A DNA stretch of 64,000 bases. Source: Vitrella brassicaformis CCMP3155. Taxonomy: Eukaryota > Protista > Chromerida. The notes under the pieces were generated by a model, which saw nothing but the letters and a program-made list of their open reading frames with translations, ran no database searches and was not told the origin of the DNA. Of this stretch, positions 12,601-25,543 are shown in pieces. Where the stretch lies: contig CDMY01000698.1 in assembly GCA_001179505.1 (NCBI GenBank), forward strand, positions 186,001-250,000, in the 5' to 3' direction. Every line of letters starts with the position of its first letter. Position 1 is the first letter of the stretch. Position numbers and translations under genes: made by a program.

Positions 12601-15600
12601 CGCCGCATCCCCACCTGCAAGCCCCTCCTGCTGCTGCTGCTGCTGCTGGTGGTGTCCCTTGCCGCCCTTGTTCTTTCTGCCCTTGGCCTTTTTGTCTTTG
12701 GCCTCCTTCTCGCGTCGCTCCTCCGCGAGGAGGGCCTCCTGCATCCGCTTCGCCTTGGCCTCCTGGGCCGCCAACTGGGCGGCCGAGATGGCGGTTTTGG
12801 CCTTGGTGTCCTTCTGGTGCTGTTGGGCGAAGGCATTGAAGAAATCCGACACCTGATGGGGCAGAGAGGTGTGAAGAGGAGAGCCTCGTGCTGTGCAGGA
12901 GCGTTGCTCACCTGTCGTGAGACCTCGATGCCGCTGCTGGGGTCACACAACGCCTTGACCGACTTGAACTGACATGGCGGCACACAGACAGACAGACAGT
13001 CAGGTGGGCAAAGCACACACGACCCTCGGCGTAGCTACCTGCAGTATCTGGCCGACGATGGGATTCGGTGCTCCTTTGGCGACCAGCGACTTGCCATAGC
13101 TGACATACATGACACAGCGACAAACAGACACACTCAATGATGCATCGGACTTCCCTGTCTGCAGCTCATGGCTGACCTGACGATGCTCTTGAGAATGTCG
13201 ACAGCAGTCTCGCGACCAGTGTCACGGAGGCCATCTGCGCGAAGGAGCTGTCCCTGTGCGTCCTTGAGCAGCATGCCACATATGGCCTTTGCCAGTCCAT
13301 CGGTCCCCAACACCTACACACAAACAAACGCACCACAGCACTCTCGTCCAATTGAGATGGGATGTCAGTGACCTTCCTTCGCCGACCTTCCGATCTCTCT
13401 GGCTGAGGGTCTTCAAGCAGTCCATGCAGAGGACCAGCAGTTGCATGTCGATCCTCTCGGCTCTCTCGAAGAAGAGGATCAGACTCGACATGAACCGCGA
13501 CTCGACCAAAGCGCCAGCGTCCCCACCATCTGCACACACACACACACACACATATGGTTCAAGGATTCTGGGAGGTGCACCGACTGACTGACTGACTGTC
13601 TGACGGACGGACCTATCATGACCATAGCTGGGATGACCAGAGCAGACGTCATGCAGTTCGTTGCGTAATCTGCCGCTGAAGTCGCTGGATCCTCGTGCGC
13701 TCCGTGGTCCATTCCCAACGCGTTGGCCACCCGATCTGGCATCGATCCGTCCAGGACGAGGGCACGAAGCGGCTGCATCGGGGGCGGGGCAGCACCGAGT
13801 GTTCTCACCACCCCCGGTTGCTCGATGTACTTGCCGACGTCACCTGGCTGCAAAGGGCCACCTGCACACAAATCCACTTTTACCCGACTAGCTATCAGTC
13901 TCCTTCACCTCGTACCTTTCTTCTTTCGCATGCAGAGGGCGAGAGCGGTGTGGAGAAGGGCTCCAACTGTGGGGATCGCCACGAGGCACAGGCGAGAGGA
14001 AGGATCGGACGCTTTGATGCGGGCCACCAGCGTCTCCAGATGATCGTAGACGTGTGTGTTGAGAGCCGCCCTGATGGCCGGCCACTCCTCAGTACCTGCC
14101 AAGATTGCAAAGGACAGCAGCCTCGTTCAAAGATAGGTATCCATGTGCACTTTTCTGACCTCCGCATGGGCAGTTCCCTAGATGCTCTGCGGCACACATC
14201 AGCGGCACTATGAAGAGGCTCGTCCCCTCTGTGTCGTCATCGCCCAGCTGCTTCAGACTCTCGACGAAAATGGAGACGAACTCGAGCACGAGTTGAATGA
14301 TGGGCCGAAGGGGCTGGAGATGAGCAGCTCCTTCACCATGATGACTGCCTCGTAAGCTACACCTGCGTGTCCGCCCTCACAAATGAGACCCATCGCCTGC
14401 CGAAGGGTCGTTTGGTGGGTCTGGAGGAAGCTCGCGCGAAGCTGGGGCCCTCCTGCCGCCTCGAGGGAGGAGAACGCTTTGAGAGCGTATCGGACCAGCC
14501 GGAGTCTCGCATATGTCGTCACATCGATGACACGGGGCAGCGGCCCGCCGCCTGGCGATGCCTCGACGATAGCTACAGACGCGATGCTGCTGTCGACCTC
14601 CCCACCCAGGTCAACCTCCTTCCCTTCTCCTTCCTCAAGCTGCTTCCATGTGACGATCTCGAATATGTCCTGGATCGCCGACAGACGATCCGACGAGGCC
14701 ATGTGCTCCAGGAAGCCATGAGAGAAGAGGCCAACGAGCAGGTCAGCGGTCGCCACCTGACATTTCACTCCGCTGCTATCCACCAGGCGCATCAGGACGC
14801 GACGGAAAAGCTTCTTCTCTTTTCCGAGCCGAACGGCCAGCCGCTGGACGAATCCATCGGTCACCTTGCCGCCCACACCCTCAGCGACGGCTTTGGCTGC
14901 CGAGGTGAATGTCTCGATGTCGTCAGATAGCAGGCCGTCCACCAGCGCATCGGTGTCGACGGGCGATGAGGGCTGCGGAGAGGGGGAGCGGGGCGGCGGA
15001 GGAGGCCCTGACGCCGGATGGGTGTGCGCGGCTGTCTTGTGCTTGACTGGGCGGTGCGATCGGCCCGTTGCGGCTGAGTTGCTGCACACGTTGGCCGTCT
15101 TTGGGAGCGACTGGATGAATGACGTCACCTACACAGAAAGGCCGGAGGGAATCAGAGAGGCATCTGTGCATCCATCGACTCTTTGGTCTTGTGGTTTCGT
15201 TGACTGCGTCGCTCACCTCGAAAAAACAGGTCACGGCGGCGTCTCAGCTGCTGGATGGCCTCACACTGGCAATAAAGCAGACGGACAGACACACACGGGT
15301 ACGTCACGATCGACCTGTGGCTATATGATCCATCTCCTCTGCTCGGTGCTCACCTGAACGATTTGGTCGACGAATGGGTTGCTGGTCGCCTTGCCCTTAG
15401 TGACCAGCTCATCACCAACACTGCAGGACGGCACATGACAGATTCACATACATGCACCATGTGGCAGCCACCAATCCACCCTGCCGCTCCCCCGCTCACT
15501 TGATCATCTGCTGCAGAAGCTTTACGATAGCGACGACGAGTAATCGCTGGCCGGCATCAGCTGTGTATGTGGCCACAGTTTCGGCCAATAGCTGGCAGAC

Positions 15601-17150
15601 AGCTTCTACCAGTCGATGGCCTGCGTCGATGTCGCCCGATTCTGTGCAGGGCAACACAGCGCACACCCAAGTCTAGCTTTAAATGCCAGTCTGTGTCCCC
15701 TCCAGCGCCTCTCTTCCTCTCATTCTGCCTGACCTGAAACTAATCCTGCCGGTATCTTCAAGCAGAAGAGCATGGTGGTGTAGACGTATGGCGGTAGCTC
15801 GACGTCCTGGCCGACAAGGGCATTGGCCGCTCTAATGGCCGTCATGATCAGCGAGGGGTTGTCAACCAGCGGCCGGCATGACGACAGGGGGAGAGGGGGG
15901 AGAGAGTGCCACTGACTGTTCAGTGTGCAGACGCCCGTCATGATGGAACCCAGTGTGGCCGTCCCCACAGCCAACGTCCCTCCTTCTGCCGAGGCGATTA
16001 TGCCCAGGAGTGTCTCCATGTGTGGGTAAATGTGTTGTCTGACCAGCCGCTTGACGTCCTTCTCGCGCAGAGCTGATGGACGGACACACACAGAAGACGA
16101 AAAGCTTGAGTGGTGGGCCGGTCACTTGCTCATCAACTTACATCTGTCCTTCCGCCGCGAAGCCGCACGGGCAACCAGACCAGGTGGCTCCAGCGCCATC
16201 AGTCACCCCTGTGCATCCATGTGGGGCGCCCCATTCGCCAGCTCCACCACATGGTCGACCAGGAGTGTAAACAGGGGGAGGGACAGCTGGAGGGGTATGG
16301 GCGTGAGATCCACATCGGGTGAAGATGGCGACGGGGTGAACGGCAGCAGCAGCTGTTGGAAGACGCGAGACGCCACAGGCGAAACAGATCCCTCCATGTC
16401 GGTGCGCATGATCTTCAGGCACTGCTTGACAGTCGTCAGGTTGTCAGCGAGCAGTACGTCCCGCAGACGAGCGCCCTCCTGCGGTGCAGCCTCACGCAGA
16501 GCCTGAAGCACCGGGGCAAGAAGCCCCAGCCGCACAAGCGTGACGACATCCACTGGAGCATCGGCTTTGAGGACGTGTTTGACGACCAGGCTCTCGTCGG
16601 GCCCATAGCAGCGGCCGCTGCCATCTGCTGATATGTGCCTCCATGTAACCAGATCCACAACAACACGAGCCACATCGACCAGCCGAGATGGCTGCAGTGC
16701 TGCAAGAGCGGGCTTGATCCTCCCCAAAAGAACTCCGAGCAGATCTGCAGCAGCCAGCTGGGCCTCTTTGTTGCCGTCATCCACCAGCCAGGTCAGTATG
16801 CGACGCAGTCCATCCTTGTCCTCGAGAAGCCGACGGAACACACCTTGGCCTTGCTCTCTGGTGAGCTCACGTGTGTCACGAAGCGTCCCCGCTGCCGCCG
16901 TGAATGTCCTGGGGTCCGCTGACAGCAGATCTGCAGCAATGGCATCGATGCCACTCTGACTCAGCGGCGGCTCACGAGATCCCTTCCTCATCTGACACGT
17001 TTCCTGCTCAGCTGCGGCTTGCACCCGCCGTCTTGCAGCTCCTCTGCCGACTCATCGCGATGATCTCGCCGCCTGGGACAGCACAGAGCTCCTCAGATCC
17101 ACCGGCCAGTCGCTCCGACGTTTGGTGCTAAACGGACGCGAAAGCTCGCA
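9640..17150 (-). repeat. Left arm of ~7.5-kb inverted duplication (partner ~54500-61905)
   Basis: Collinear reverse-complement matches in exons and introns, e.g. 9703-9755 ccggcatgcacacgcacacggacatgcagcgagcagtgtgtggacgcacatgc vs the reverse complement of ~61790-61855, and 17030-17105 vs the reverse complement of ~54570-54655. Confidence 0.93.
10035..17060 (-). pseudogene. Copy B: ~18-exon gene encoding two helical-repeat (ARM/HEAT-like) modules, a Lys/Gln-rich coiled coil, a Pro-rich region and a C-terminal C3HC4-type RING; disrupted
   Basis: Continuous GT-AG exon chain from MRKGSREPPLSQSGIDAIAADLLSADP to the terminal exon CVICFGEHGPVSVMYIPCRHMHICTKC...LCEQCQTEVAFAG...GAS* (10035). Lesions: TGA at 16203-16205 where paralogs have Trp (DAQG*LMAL vs DPQRWRRAL), and a 1-nt frameshift at ~14290-14305. 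Confidence 0.82.
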
Positions 17151-17337
17151 CTGTAGTGACTGTACGTTCTCGCGAAGGAAAAGCAAAATCGGCCGATGAT
17201 GGTTTTCCAATCACGTGGTCATCATTTCCTGGAAGAGTGATTCTCTTTGGCCTCTGAACACATCCCGAGCCTTCTCCCCCTGTTCTCCCTCCCTGCCCTC
17301 CCTCCGCCATCGCGCCCCTCCGTCCCCTCCCCCTCTG

Positions 17338-20044
17338 ATGTTTCTCTTCACCGCGGTGCTCATCCTGATGGTAGTCGCGTCCGCCCACCGCCACACCCAT
17401 CCCGCCCATCGTATCATCACCACCTACCGGTCCTCCGACGAGCGGCGCCATCCGCAGAGGCGGCGGCTCCTCGATCGCATCCACACCCACTACACCGACC
17501 TGAGATCTGGCCGTGGTGAAGTGCGGACGGAGTACCTGCCCATCCTCGGCATCGAGATCATCGAGATGGACCGGACGGATGACGACGAGGAGGACAGGGG
17601 GGTGCTGGCGCGGCTGATGGAGGTGTTGATGGACGGGGGCGACGTCGACAGTGTGCATGAGGACTCGCTGGTGCATTTTGCCCAGGCTGGCAAGGTCAAA
17701 CCGGCCCTGGCGAGGAACGACCCCAGCTTTGGGGACCAGTGGCCGCTACTCGGGACCTCCAAGTATGGGCTCGATATGGCGGAGGCTTGGGGGCTCTTCA
17801 GGCCGGAGAGCCAAGACGAGTTTGTCATCGGTGAGTGAGTTCGTGAGTGAGTGAGTGAGTGAGTGAGCTGGCTGACGAGAGTGATGAGAGACACTGTGTG
17901 GCCGTGTGTTGTGTGTCTCGTGGGTGTGCAGGTGTGATAGACAGTGGTGTTGATCTGAGCCATCCTGACATCATGAAGAACCTATGGAGGAATCGGGGTG
18001 GGCACTGGCACATGCAGGGATGCACGCCGCCAGGCTGAGAGGAATGCATGTGTGTGTGTGTGTGTGGGTGTATGGGTACAGGTGAGATTCCAAACAACGG
18101 GAGGGATGACGACGGGAACGGCTATATCGACGACGTGTATGGCTACGACTTCTTCGACGACGATGGCGACCCATCGGATGAAGCCGGTGAGTGAGTGAGG
18201 GAGTGGGTCGAAGGATAGTACTCGTGATGTTTTTCTGCCTCCGTCTCTGTGCCTGCAATGCCATGCAGGTCACGGCACGCACATATCGGGGATCATAGCT
18301 GCTGAGGCCAACAACACGCGGGGCATATCGGGGGTCTGCCCGCAATGCAAAGTCATGCCACTCAAATTCATGGACGACACCGGTAGGTCGGTCAGGTCAA
18401 CACACACATGCACACACACACCGAGGTATGTGTATGTGTGGTGTCTGGCGTGTGTGTATAGGGTACGGCTACTGGGGCAATGCCATCAAGGCCTTGGAGT
18501 ATGCCCTCCAGAACCGCGTCAAGGTCACCTGCAACGCCTACGGCACCTACACACCACACAAGGCGCTCGAACAAGCCATTAAAAAGTGCTCCACCACACC
18601 ACACCACACCACACGCGCCCACACACATCCAGACCTGCTGTTTTGGTTGTGTGGCATCCATCAGGGCGGGTCAGAAGGGGATGTTATTTGTGGCAGCCGC
18701 GGGCAACGACGGCAAGGACAACGATCGCACGCCGAAGCTGCCGGCCAGCTACACACTCGGCAACGTCATCAGCGTCGCCTCCATCGGCCAAACCGGCAAA
18801 CTCAGCTGGTTCTCAAACTACGGCAAGCAACGCACCGATATCGCAGCGCCGGGCGAAGACATCTACTCGCTCGGTAGGTACGGAACGAACACCCCTCCCC
18901 CCGGAGAGCAAGAACACTTATTGGCATTCCCCCCGCTCCGCCCCTCTCTGTCTGCAGACATGGGCCGTCGATATAAGACGGATTCCGGCACATCCATGGC
19001 GGCTCCCTTTGTGGCGGGAGTAGCAGCCATGGTGTGGCTGACGGACCCGAAGCAGACCTACTCGCAGGTGAAGCTGCGGATTATGAGGTCGGCGAGGCGG
19101 ATCGATGGGCTGAAGGTCAAGGCTGAGGGGACGCTGGATGCGGCGGGGGCGCTGATGCAGAGCGTCGACACGAGCGATACCAGCAGGTGCGACTACAACG
19201 ACCCTTGCCACATCAACGCAAGATGCACCGACACCAGGTAGGTGGGCTGGCAAAACCAGGGAGGGACGGAGAGGGAGGGAGATCTGTGTGTTGTCGCCCC
19301 TTTTGCTTTGGCCAGCTCTGGGCCGATCTGTCGGTGCGAGGATGGCTTTGAGGGTACGCACACAAACCGGGAAAACATGCAGGGGCCAGGTGAGTATGTG
19401 GGTGCGGCGCGGTGCGTGTGTGGTCGTCTTGTTTTGTAGGCGACGGTTGGAAGACGTGTGACGACATCAACGAGTGTGCGGTGGACCGGCCGTGCCACGA
19501 GAACGCCAAGTGCATCAACTCGCCAGGCTCCTACAAGTGCCAGTGCCAAAGCGGATTCACCGGAGACGGCGTCAAGAAATGCGAACGTACGAACCGACCT
19601 TCCCACCCCAGTGACGCATTCGCGCATCTGTCTCTCTCCCCCTGTGTGCGTGTGTGTGCAGAGTTTAGTTTGTGCAGCATAAGTCAGATCTTCATCCCGT
19701 GTCACCCCCTGGCCATCTGCTACGGCCGCGGCTCCTTGGGCATCCCATTCTGCGAGTGCAGGGACGGCTTCAAGGGAGACGGCCGGGAGGAGTGCCTGGG
19801 TACGTAATGTGCCGCTGGCATGCTGGCACGAACACACACAGATCTGCATGGCATGTGTGTGTGGATGCATGGGGTGTAGACGTCAACGAGTGTCTCGAGT
19901 ACAACGGTGGCTGTGACCACGAGTGCGTCAACACTGTGGGCAACTTCAAGTGCAAGTGCTTCGAGGGATACCAACTCGCGCCGAACAAGAAGGCCTGCCT
20001 CGGTCAGTGAGAGAGCACACAGAGACACCAGAGCTGATGGATGG

Positions 20045-20076
<32 letters not shown>

Positions 20077-20979
20077 TCTTCTTAGACATTGACGAGTGTC
20101 GTGAGAACAATGGCGGCTGCGAGCACATCTGCATCAACGAGCCGGGCAGCTACCAGGTGAGTGACTGTGAACAACACGCACTCACCTCTACAGAGCGTCG
20201 CATGAACGTGTCCGTGATATGTCATGTTCCCTCCCTCTGTGTGTTTATTCAGTGTTCGTGTCCCGAAGGCTACCGGCTAGCGGAAGACGGCAAGAGCTGC
20301 GAAGACATTGACGAGTGTGCGGTTAACAACGGCGGCTGCAGCCAGGTGTGCAAGAACAAGAAGGGCACATACGAGTGCCTCTGCGACCCGGGATTCCTGC
20401 TGCAAAAAGACGGACGCACCTGCAAAGGCAAACCTTCTTTCCCCCACCCGCCGCTCCCACACGCACACGTGCATCCCTCTCCTCTGTGTGATGATGATTA
20501 TGATTATGATGATGACGATCAGATGTGGAGTGCAAATCTCCGCCACGGATTGCCCACGCCGCGAGTGTCTGCGAGAGCGCTCGGTCGGGGTCCCAGCCCA
20601 AGTGTGCGGTCAAGTGCGAGAGGGGCTTCCAGCTGGCATACAACGACCTCAAGTGCGACACCAAGGGACGTTTCACAGGCGGCGCTGAATGCGAGGGTGT
20701 GCTCAGGCACAGAGGGAGGGATGGATGGACGCACTTGTACGTGTGCGAGGTTTCGGTTTGTTCTGTTGTGTGGGGTGTGGTGTGCAGACATTGACGAGTG
20801 CAAGGAGGAGAACGGTGGGTGCAACCAGAGGTGCGTCAACAAGGAGGGCTCGTTCGAGTGCGGGTGCTTCGAGGGGTACCTGCTTGACAGGCAGAACAGG
20901 AGGACCTGCCAAGGTGAGCATGACACACAGACAGGCGTGACCTAGAGACAGGGACGCGCAGACAACCATCTCTCTCTGC

Positions 20980-21010
<31 letters not shown>

Positions 21011-22597
21011 TGTGTGTGGATGACAGACATCAACGAGTGCATGTTGGAGAACGGCGGCTGTGAGCAGGAGTGCGTCAACACGGAGGGCAGCTGGGAGTGC
21101 AAGTGCTTCAAGGGCTACTGGCTCCACGACGGGGCCTGCAAAGGTACGCTCCTACCGACACACAGACAGACAGAGCCTTTCCTCTCAGCCTTATGTGTGG
21201 CGGCTCTCCTGATGCAGACATCGACGAGTGTGCGCAGGGCAAGTGCGACCAGGGGTGCGAGAACTCGGTGGGCGGCTTCAAGTGTTCCTGCAAGGAGGGA
21301 TACACACTGGGAGAGGACGGCACGTCATGCGTCGGTGCGTCACACCCGTGACCACACAGACAGACAGAGGCTGCACGTCTGACTGTGTGTGTGTGCCTGT
21401 CAGATGTGGAGTGCGGTCCCCCGCCCAAAGTGGCCCACGCAGTCAAGGCTGTGGAGTGCTACGGCCGGTCTGCCACGGGCCCCAAGTGCGACATGTCATG
21501 CGAGCGGGGCTTCATGATGAGGAACAACACCCTCACGTGTGGCACAGATGGCAAGTGGAGGGGAACCGCCGTCTGCGAAGGTCGGTCGGGTCGGAGAGAG
21601 GGAAGGAAAGAACCCCCAGACATAGATACACTGATGTCGTGTCGTGTCGTGTGTGCAGACATTGACGAGTGTGTGGAAAACATCGGTGGCTGTGACCCGA
21701 CGGCCGAGTGCGTCAACCTCCCCGGCTCCTTCGAGTGCCGGTGTCCTGACGGCTTCGACACCTCACGGGACGGCAGCTGCGTGGACATCGACGAGTGCAC
21801 CGACAGCAGATACCCGGAGAACGGCGGCTGCAGCCACACGTGCAACAACAGGCCCGGCAGCTACTTCTGCAGCTGTCCGCCTGGCGAGGGCTTCTCCCTC
21901 AAAAGCGACAAGAAGCGCTGCACCTGCAAGCCGGGCTTCACCTTGGTTCCCGCACGGTCACGTGACGAGGAGGACCAGTGCCAAGGTGGGTGGGGGTGGA
22001 GGTGGGATGGGGTGGGATGACACACACAGCACAATAAATGCTGACTGGTAGATACGTGGGTTCATTCGTCTGTCTGTGTGCATGATAGATGAGGACGAGT
22101 GCAAGGGGTGGTTTTCGCCGTGCAGCCGCAAGGCGACGTGCACCAACACGCCCGGCAGCTACAAGTGCGAATGCAAAAGGGGATACACCGGAGACGGCAC
22201 CTACTGCAGAAGGAGAGGTACGCCACGCCACGCCATCACAACATCACTCACACACACACAGAGAGAGAGAGACACAAGACCAGACCTCTGTGGGTGTGTG
22301 TCGTCTGTCATATTAGAGCGAGGTCTTTCTGTTGATAATGGGAGGCAAAGTGTCAGGCCTCCTCCGAGGCAACTGCTCGCACCGTTGGGAATCATTCCAC
22401 AGAGGGCGGCCAGTCGAGAAGAGCCCCAGCAGCCACAGCCACCAGCAGAGGAGAGTCCAACACGCCAGGAGGGCAACGGTGGCTTTCTGTCTGCCGCTGT
22501 GGCGGGCTATGGTCAGCCACCGGAAGACATCGACGACAGGGTGGATGACGATGCTTGTTGCGACGTGCTGTCTCTCTCTCTCTCGCCAGATAAATGA
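17338..22597 (+). CDS. Secreted subtilisin-like serine protease (peptidase S8) with prodomain, ~12 EGF/calcium-binding EGF repeats and 2 Sushi/CCP domains; ~20 exons
   Basis: Signal peptide [16 protein letters not shown]. Catalytic motifs GVIDSGVD (Asp ~17940), GHGTHISG (His ~18271), AAAGND (oxyanion Asn) and [12 protein letters not shown] (Ser ~18993), plus a [16 protein letters not shown] calcium loop. Repeated D[IV][DN]EC...GGC...C.N..GS[YF].C.C EGF exons. Two DVEC..PP.[IV]AHA...C..C.RGF......L.C...G.[FW].G.A.CE Sushi exons (20523-20697 and 21404-21580). Confidence 0.95.
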
Positions 22598-22599
22598 GC

Positions 22600-25540
22600 G
22601 AGGGAGGGAGAGGGACAGAGGGAGAGGGAGACCGACTCTCAGCACAGCGCGCCAAGGTCACGTGACGGCGATTTACAGTTTGTGCAGTGTGACGATGTGG
22701 ATGTGAAGGCGCGGAGGGGGAGGGGGGCGGGGGGCGGGGGATGGAGGGCTTTTTGGGTTTGTAAGGAAGGACGTAGGGCTCTCTCTTTCTGTGACTTGTT
22801 GATGACGTACACACATACGAACGATATGCGACTGCATGACTGCATGATGACTGACGTGAATTGCATGGTTGCGTGATGATAGTCAGTAAGGTAAGGTAGG
22901 GAGGGCATACTGAGCGGATGGATGACGGGTGGATGGATGGATGCGTGTGTGTGTGTGTGTGTGTGTGGCAGTCTGTGACACCATGTAGCTAGCCGTTTCG
23001 GCAACAGAACGAGCATCACCCCCACACCAACACCACACCACACCATTTCAGGACGATCGATCTGGGTGGATGGATGGATGGATGGATTTGCCCCTTTGTT
23101 TTTTCTTTTGATGATACAAGTAATGGTAGGGTGATCCACCAGCAGCAGAAACAGATAGATATCACACACAGGAAATGTCAACACGCACTCACCCACCACC
23201 ATTACGAAGGGCCTTCCTTCTTCTCATTCAAAACCACCACCACCACCAGACCAACGAGCCAACGAACAAACGAACAAACAGCCGCCAGTCACCACCAAAA
23301 ACCGAATTCACGCACCCACCCCACCCCACCAGCAGCAAGTAGGAAAGGCTAACAAATAGGCCCGGCCGCTCTCTCACTCTCTCACTGCACACCAATGACA
23401 ATAGCGAAGGGACCGGAAGCCAGAAAGAATGGATGGAGGTGGGAGGGAGGGAGGGAGGAAACAATGCCCGGCGCACCCACCAGGCAGGCAGTCAGGCAAT
23501 CAGGCAGGAAGCAAGTGGAAGATCGTGGGGGGGCGGGGTGGACAGACAAAGAGGAATGAGACAGTCAGTGGTGAGTGGGCTCATAGACACACCCACCCAC
23601 ACCTGGACGCACCGACACATGCATATGTGTGCACACAAGGAAGAAGGAAGGAAAGAAGGGAGGGATGGGGTGAATGAATGAATGAATCGATGGCATGGAG
23701 GGATGTGAGCAAGCAATGCAATTGAGCTGAGCTAGCTAGTGGGGTGATTCCTTTGTTTAAACGCACCAAAAACGACACAAAGACGGACACACACACACAC
23801 ACACACACACGGAGTGAACAATGAAGTCACCGACATCCATCCATCTGTCCGTCAGGTCGACCGACCGACCGACACACTGACCAGGTGAGGAACGAATTGC
23901 CGCGGTCGGGCGGTCGGTCGGTCGGTCGGTCGGTCGCTCGTTCGGGGTGTGTGTGCTTTATGTGTGTCCGTACCACCACATCACATCACATCACGCCACA
24001 TGCTCCCGCACGCCGCATCACATGCCAGACATGACGCTATCATATCGGTCGGTGCACACAAATGAAATATGCAGATAAAGAAAGAAATGGTATAATCAAT
24101 AATACTACCTACCTACACAAAGAAGGAAAGGTTGCTGCAGCGCTGCGACGGTCAGCGCAGGCCTCTCCTCTCTGGCGTGTCGGTCTGTCTGTCTGTCTGT
24201 GTGAGTGTTCGTTCAGGCGTGTGCAACTATCTGCATGCACCCACACCCTCAGTGATTCACACACGTCACACAGCCTGCCTACCGGTGACCCTGCCTGCCT
24301 GCCTCCCTGCCTCTCTGCCAGCCTGCGCCACTGTGCTCCATCGGGGTGGTCACTGTGTCCGCGGAACAAACGATGCAGCCAGTCGGTCATTCACTCGTCC
24401 AATCTTACACGCACGGAGTCACACGTACTGTCCCTCATTCGCCCCTCCGTCGCTCACTCATTCACTCACTCACACGCACTCTCATGCACCTACTCACACA
24501 GGAGCGGGTCCGTCAGAGTCGGGACACTTGAAAATGAGGAGCCCACCCCACCGCCCGATAGCTCAGATCAGATCAAGGAAGTCACGCCAGCCGCACCGAC
24601 GAACGCTGCCGTGCTCACACGCAGCCACACGCATGCAATGCGCCCGCCTAGCTGATAGCCAATCTCCTGTCTGTCTGTCTGTCTGTCGGTCTGTCTGTCT
24701 GTGGCGCATTTGTGGCGGTAGACACACGCGCCAAAAACTTGGTGGTCTGGCTGCATAGACGTGTGTGTGTGTGTGGGGCACAGACAGAGGGAACACGCGT
24801 GCGGGCAACAAGAGAGAAATCGCGTCAGCGCACACACACACTGCATAATGACACAATCATGTGTGTGGTGTGTCGATGCGGCCAGCAGCTGGCAGGCGGG
24901 CTAGGTAGGGGAGAGTCAAAAGGTGGTGGTGTACCCATACCAGGCAGGCAGGCAGGCAGGAAGAGCGATAGCCACAGGCAGGCAGGCAGGTGTAGGTGTA
25001 GGTGAATGTGATGTGGTCCGTTACTCCTTCCTGGTCTGAAAAATGCTGTGTGTGGTGTCTGTCTGTCTGGCTGCTTGGCGTGCCGTGCATGCCACTCACT
25101 CACACACACACACACGCACATCCCACAGCCAATACAATCAGTAGCCAAAAGGCAGGCAACGAGGGACTCTCTCTCTCTCTCTCTCTCGCTCCCTCTCTCC
25201 CACTGCTCTGCTGCTGCAGCAACAAAATGCAAATGTATGTCCCACTCCCCCATAGGCAGCAGACATAGGCGCACGCGTGTGTGCGTGCGATGCCAGGCAG
25301 ACACACAGGCAGGCAGGCAGGCAGGTCATCGCTGCTTCAAGAGCTCACTCCCTCCCTCCCTCCCTCCTTGCTCCCTCCCTCCCTCGCCCCCTCTCCTCGC
25401 CCCCCGAGCAACCCAGGCCCCGTCAGCATCATAACAAATGCACAGGCCAGACGAGAGGGCAAACGAGCGAGCAACCAGCCAAAAACCTCGTTTGTGGTCT
25501 TCCGCCACGCCATGGCATGCCATCGGTCGGTCGGTGCTGT
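22600..25540. repeat. Microsatellite-rich region between convergent genes
   Basis: Dense (CA)n, (GA)n, (GGAT)n, (GGCA)n, (GTCG)n and (CACAT)n tracts; no convincing exon chain. Confidence 0.7.
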
Positions 25541-25543
25541 GGT

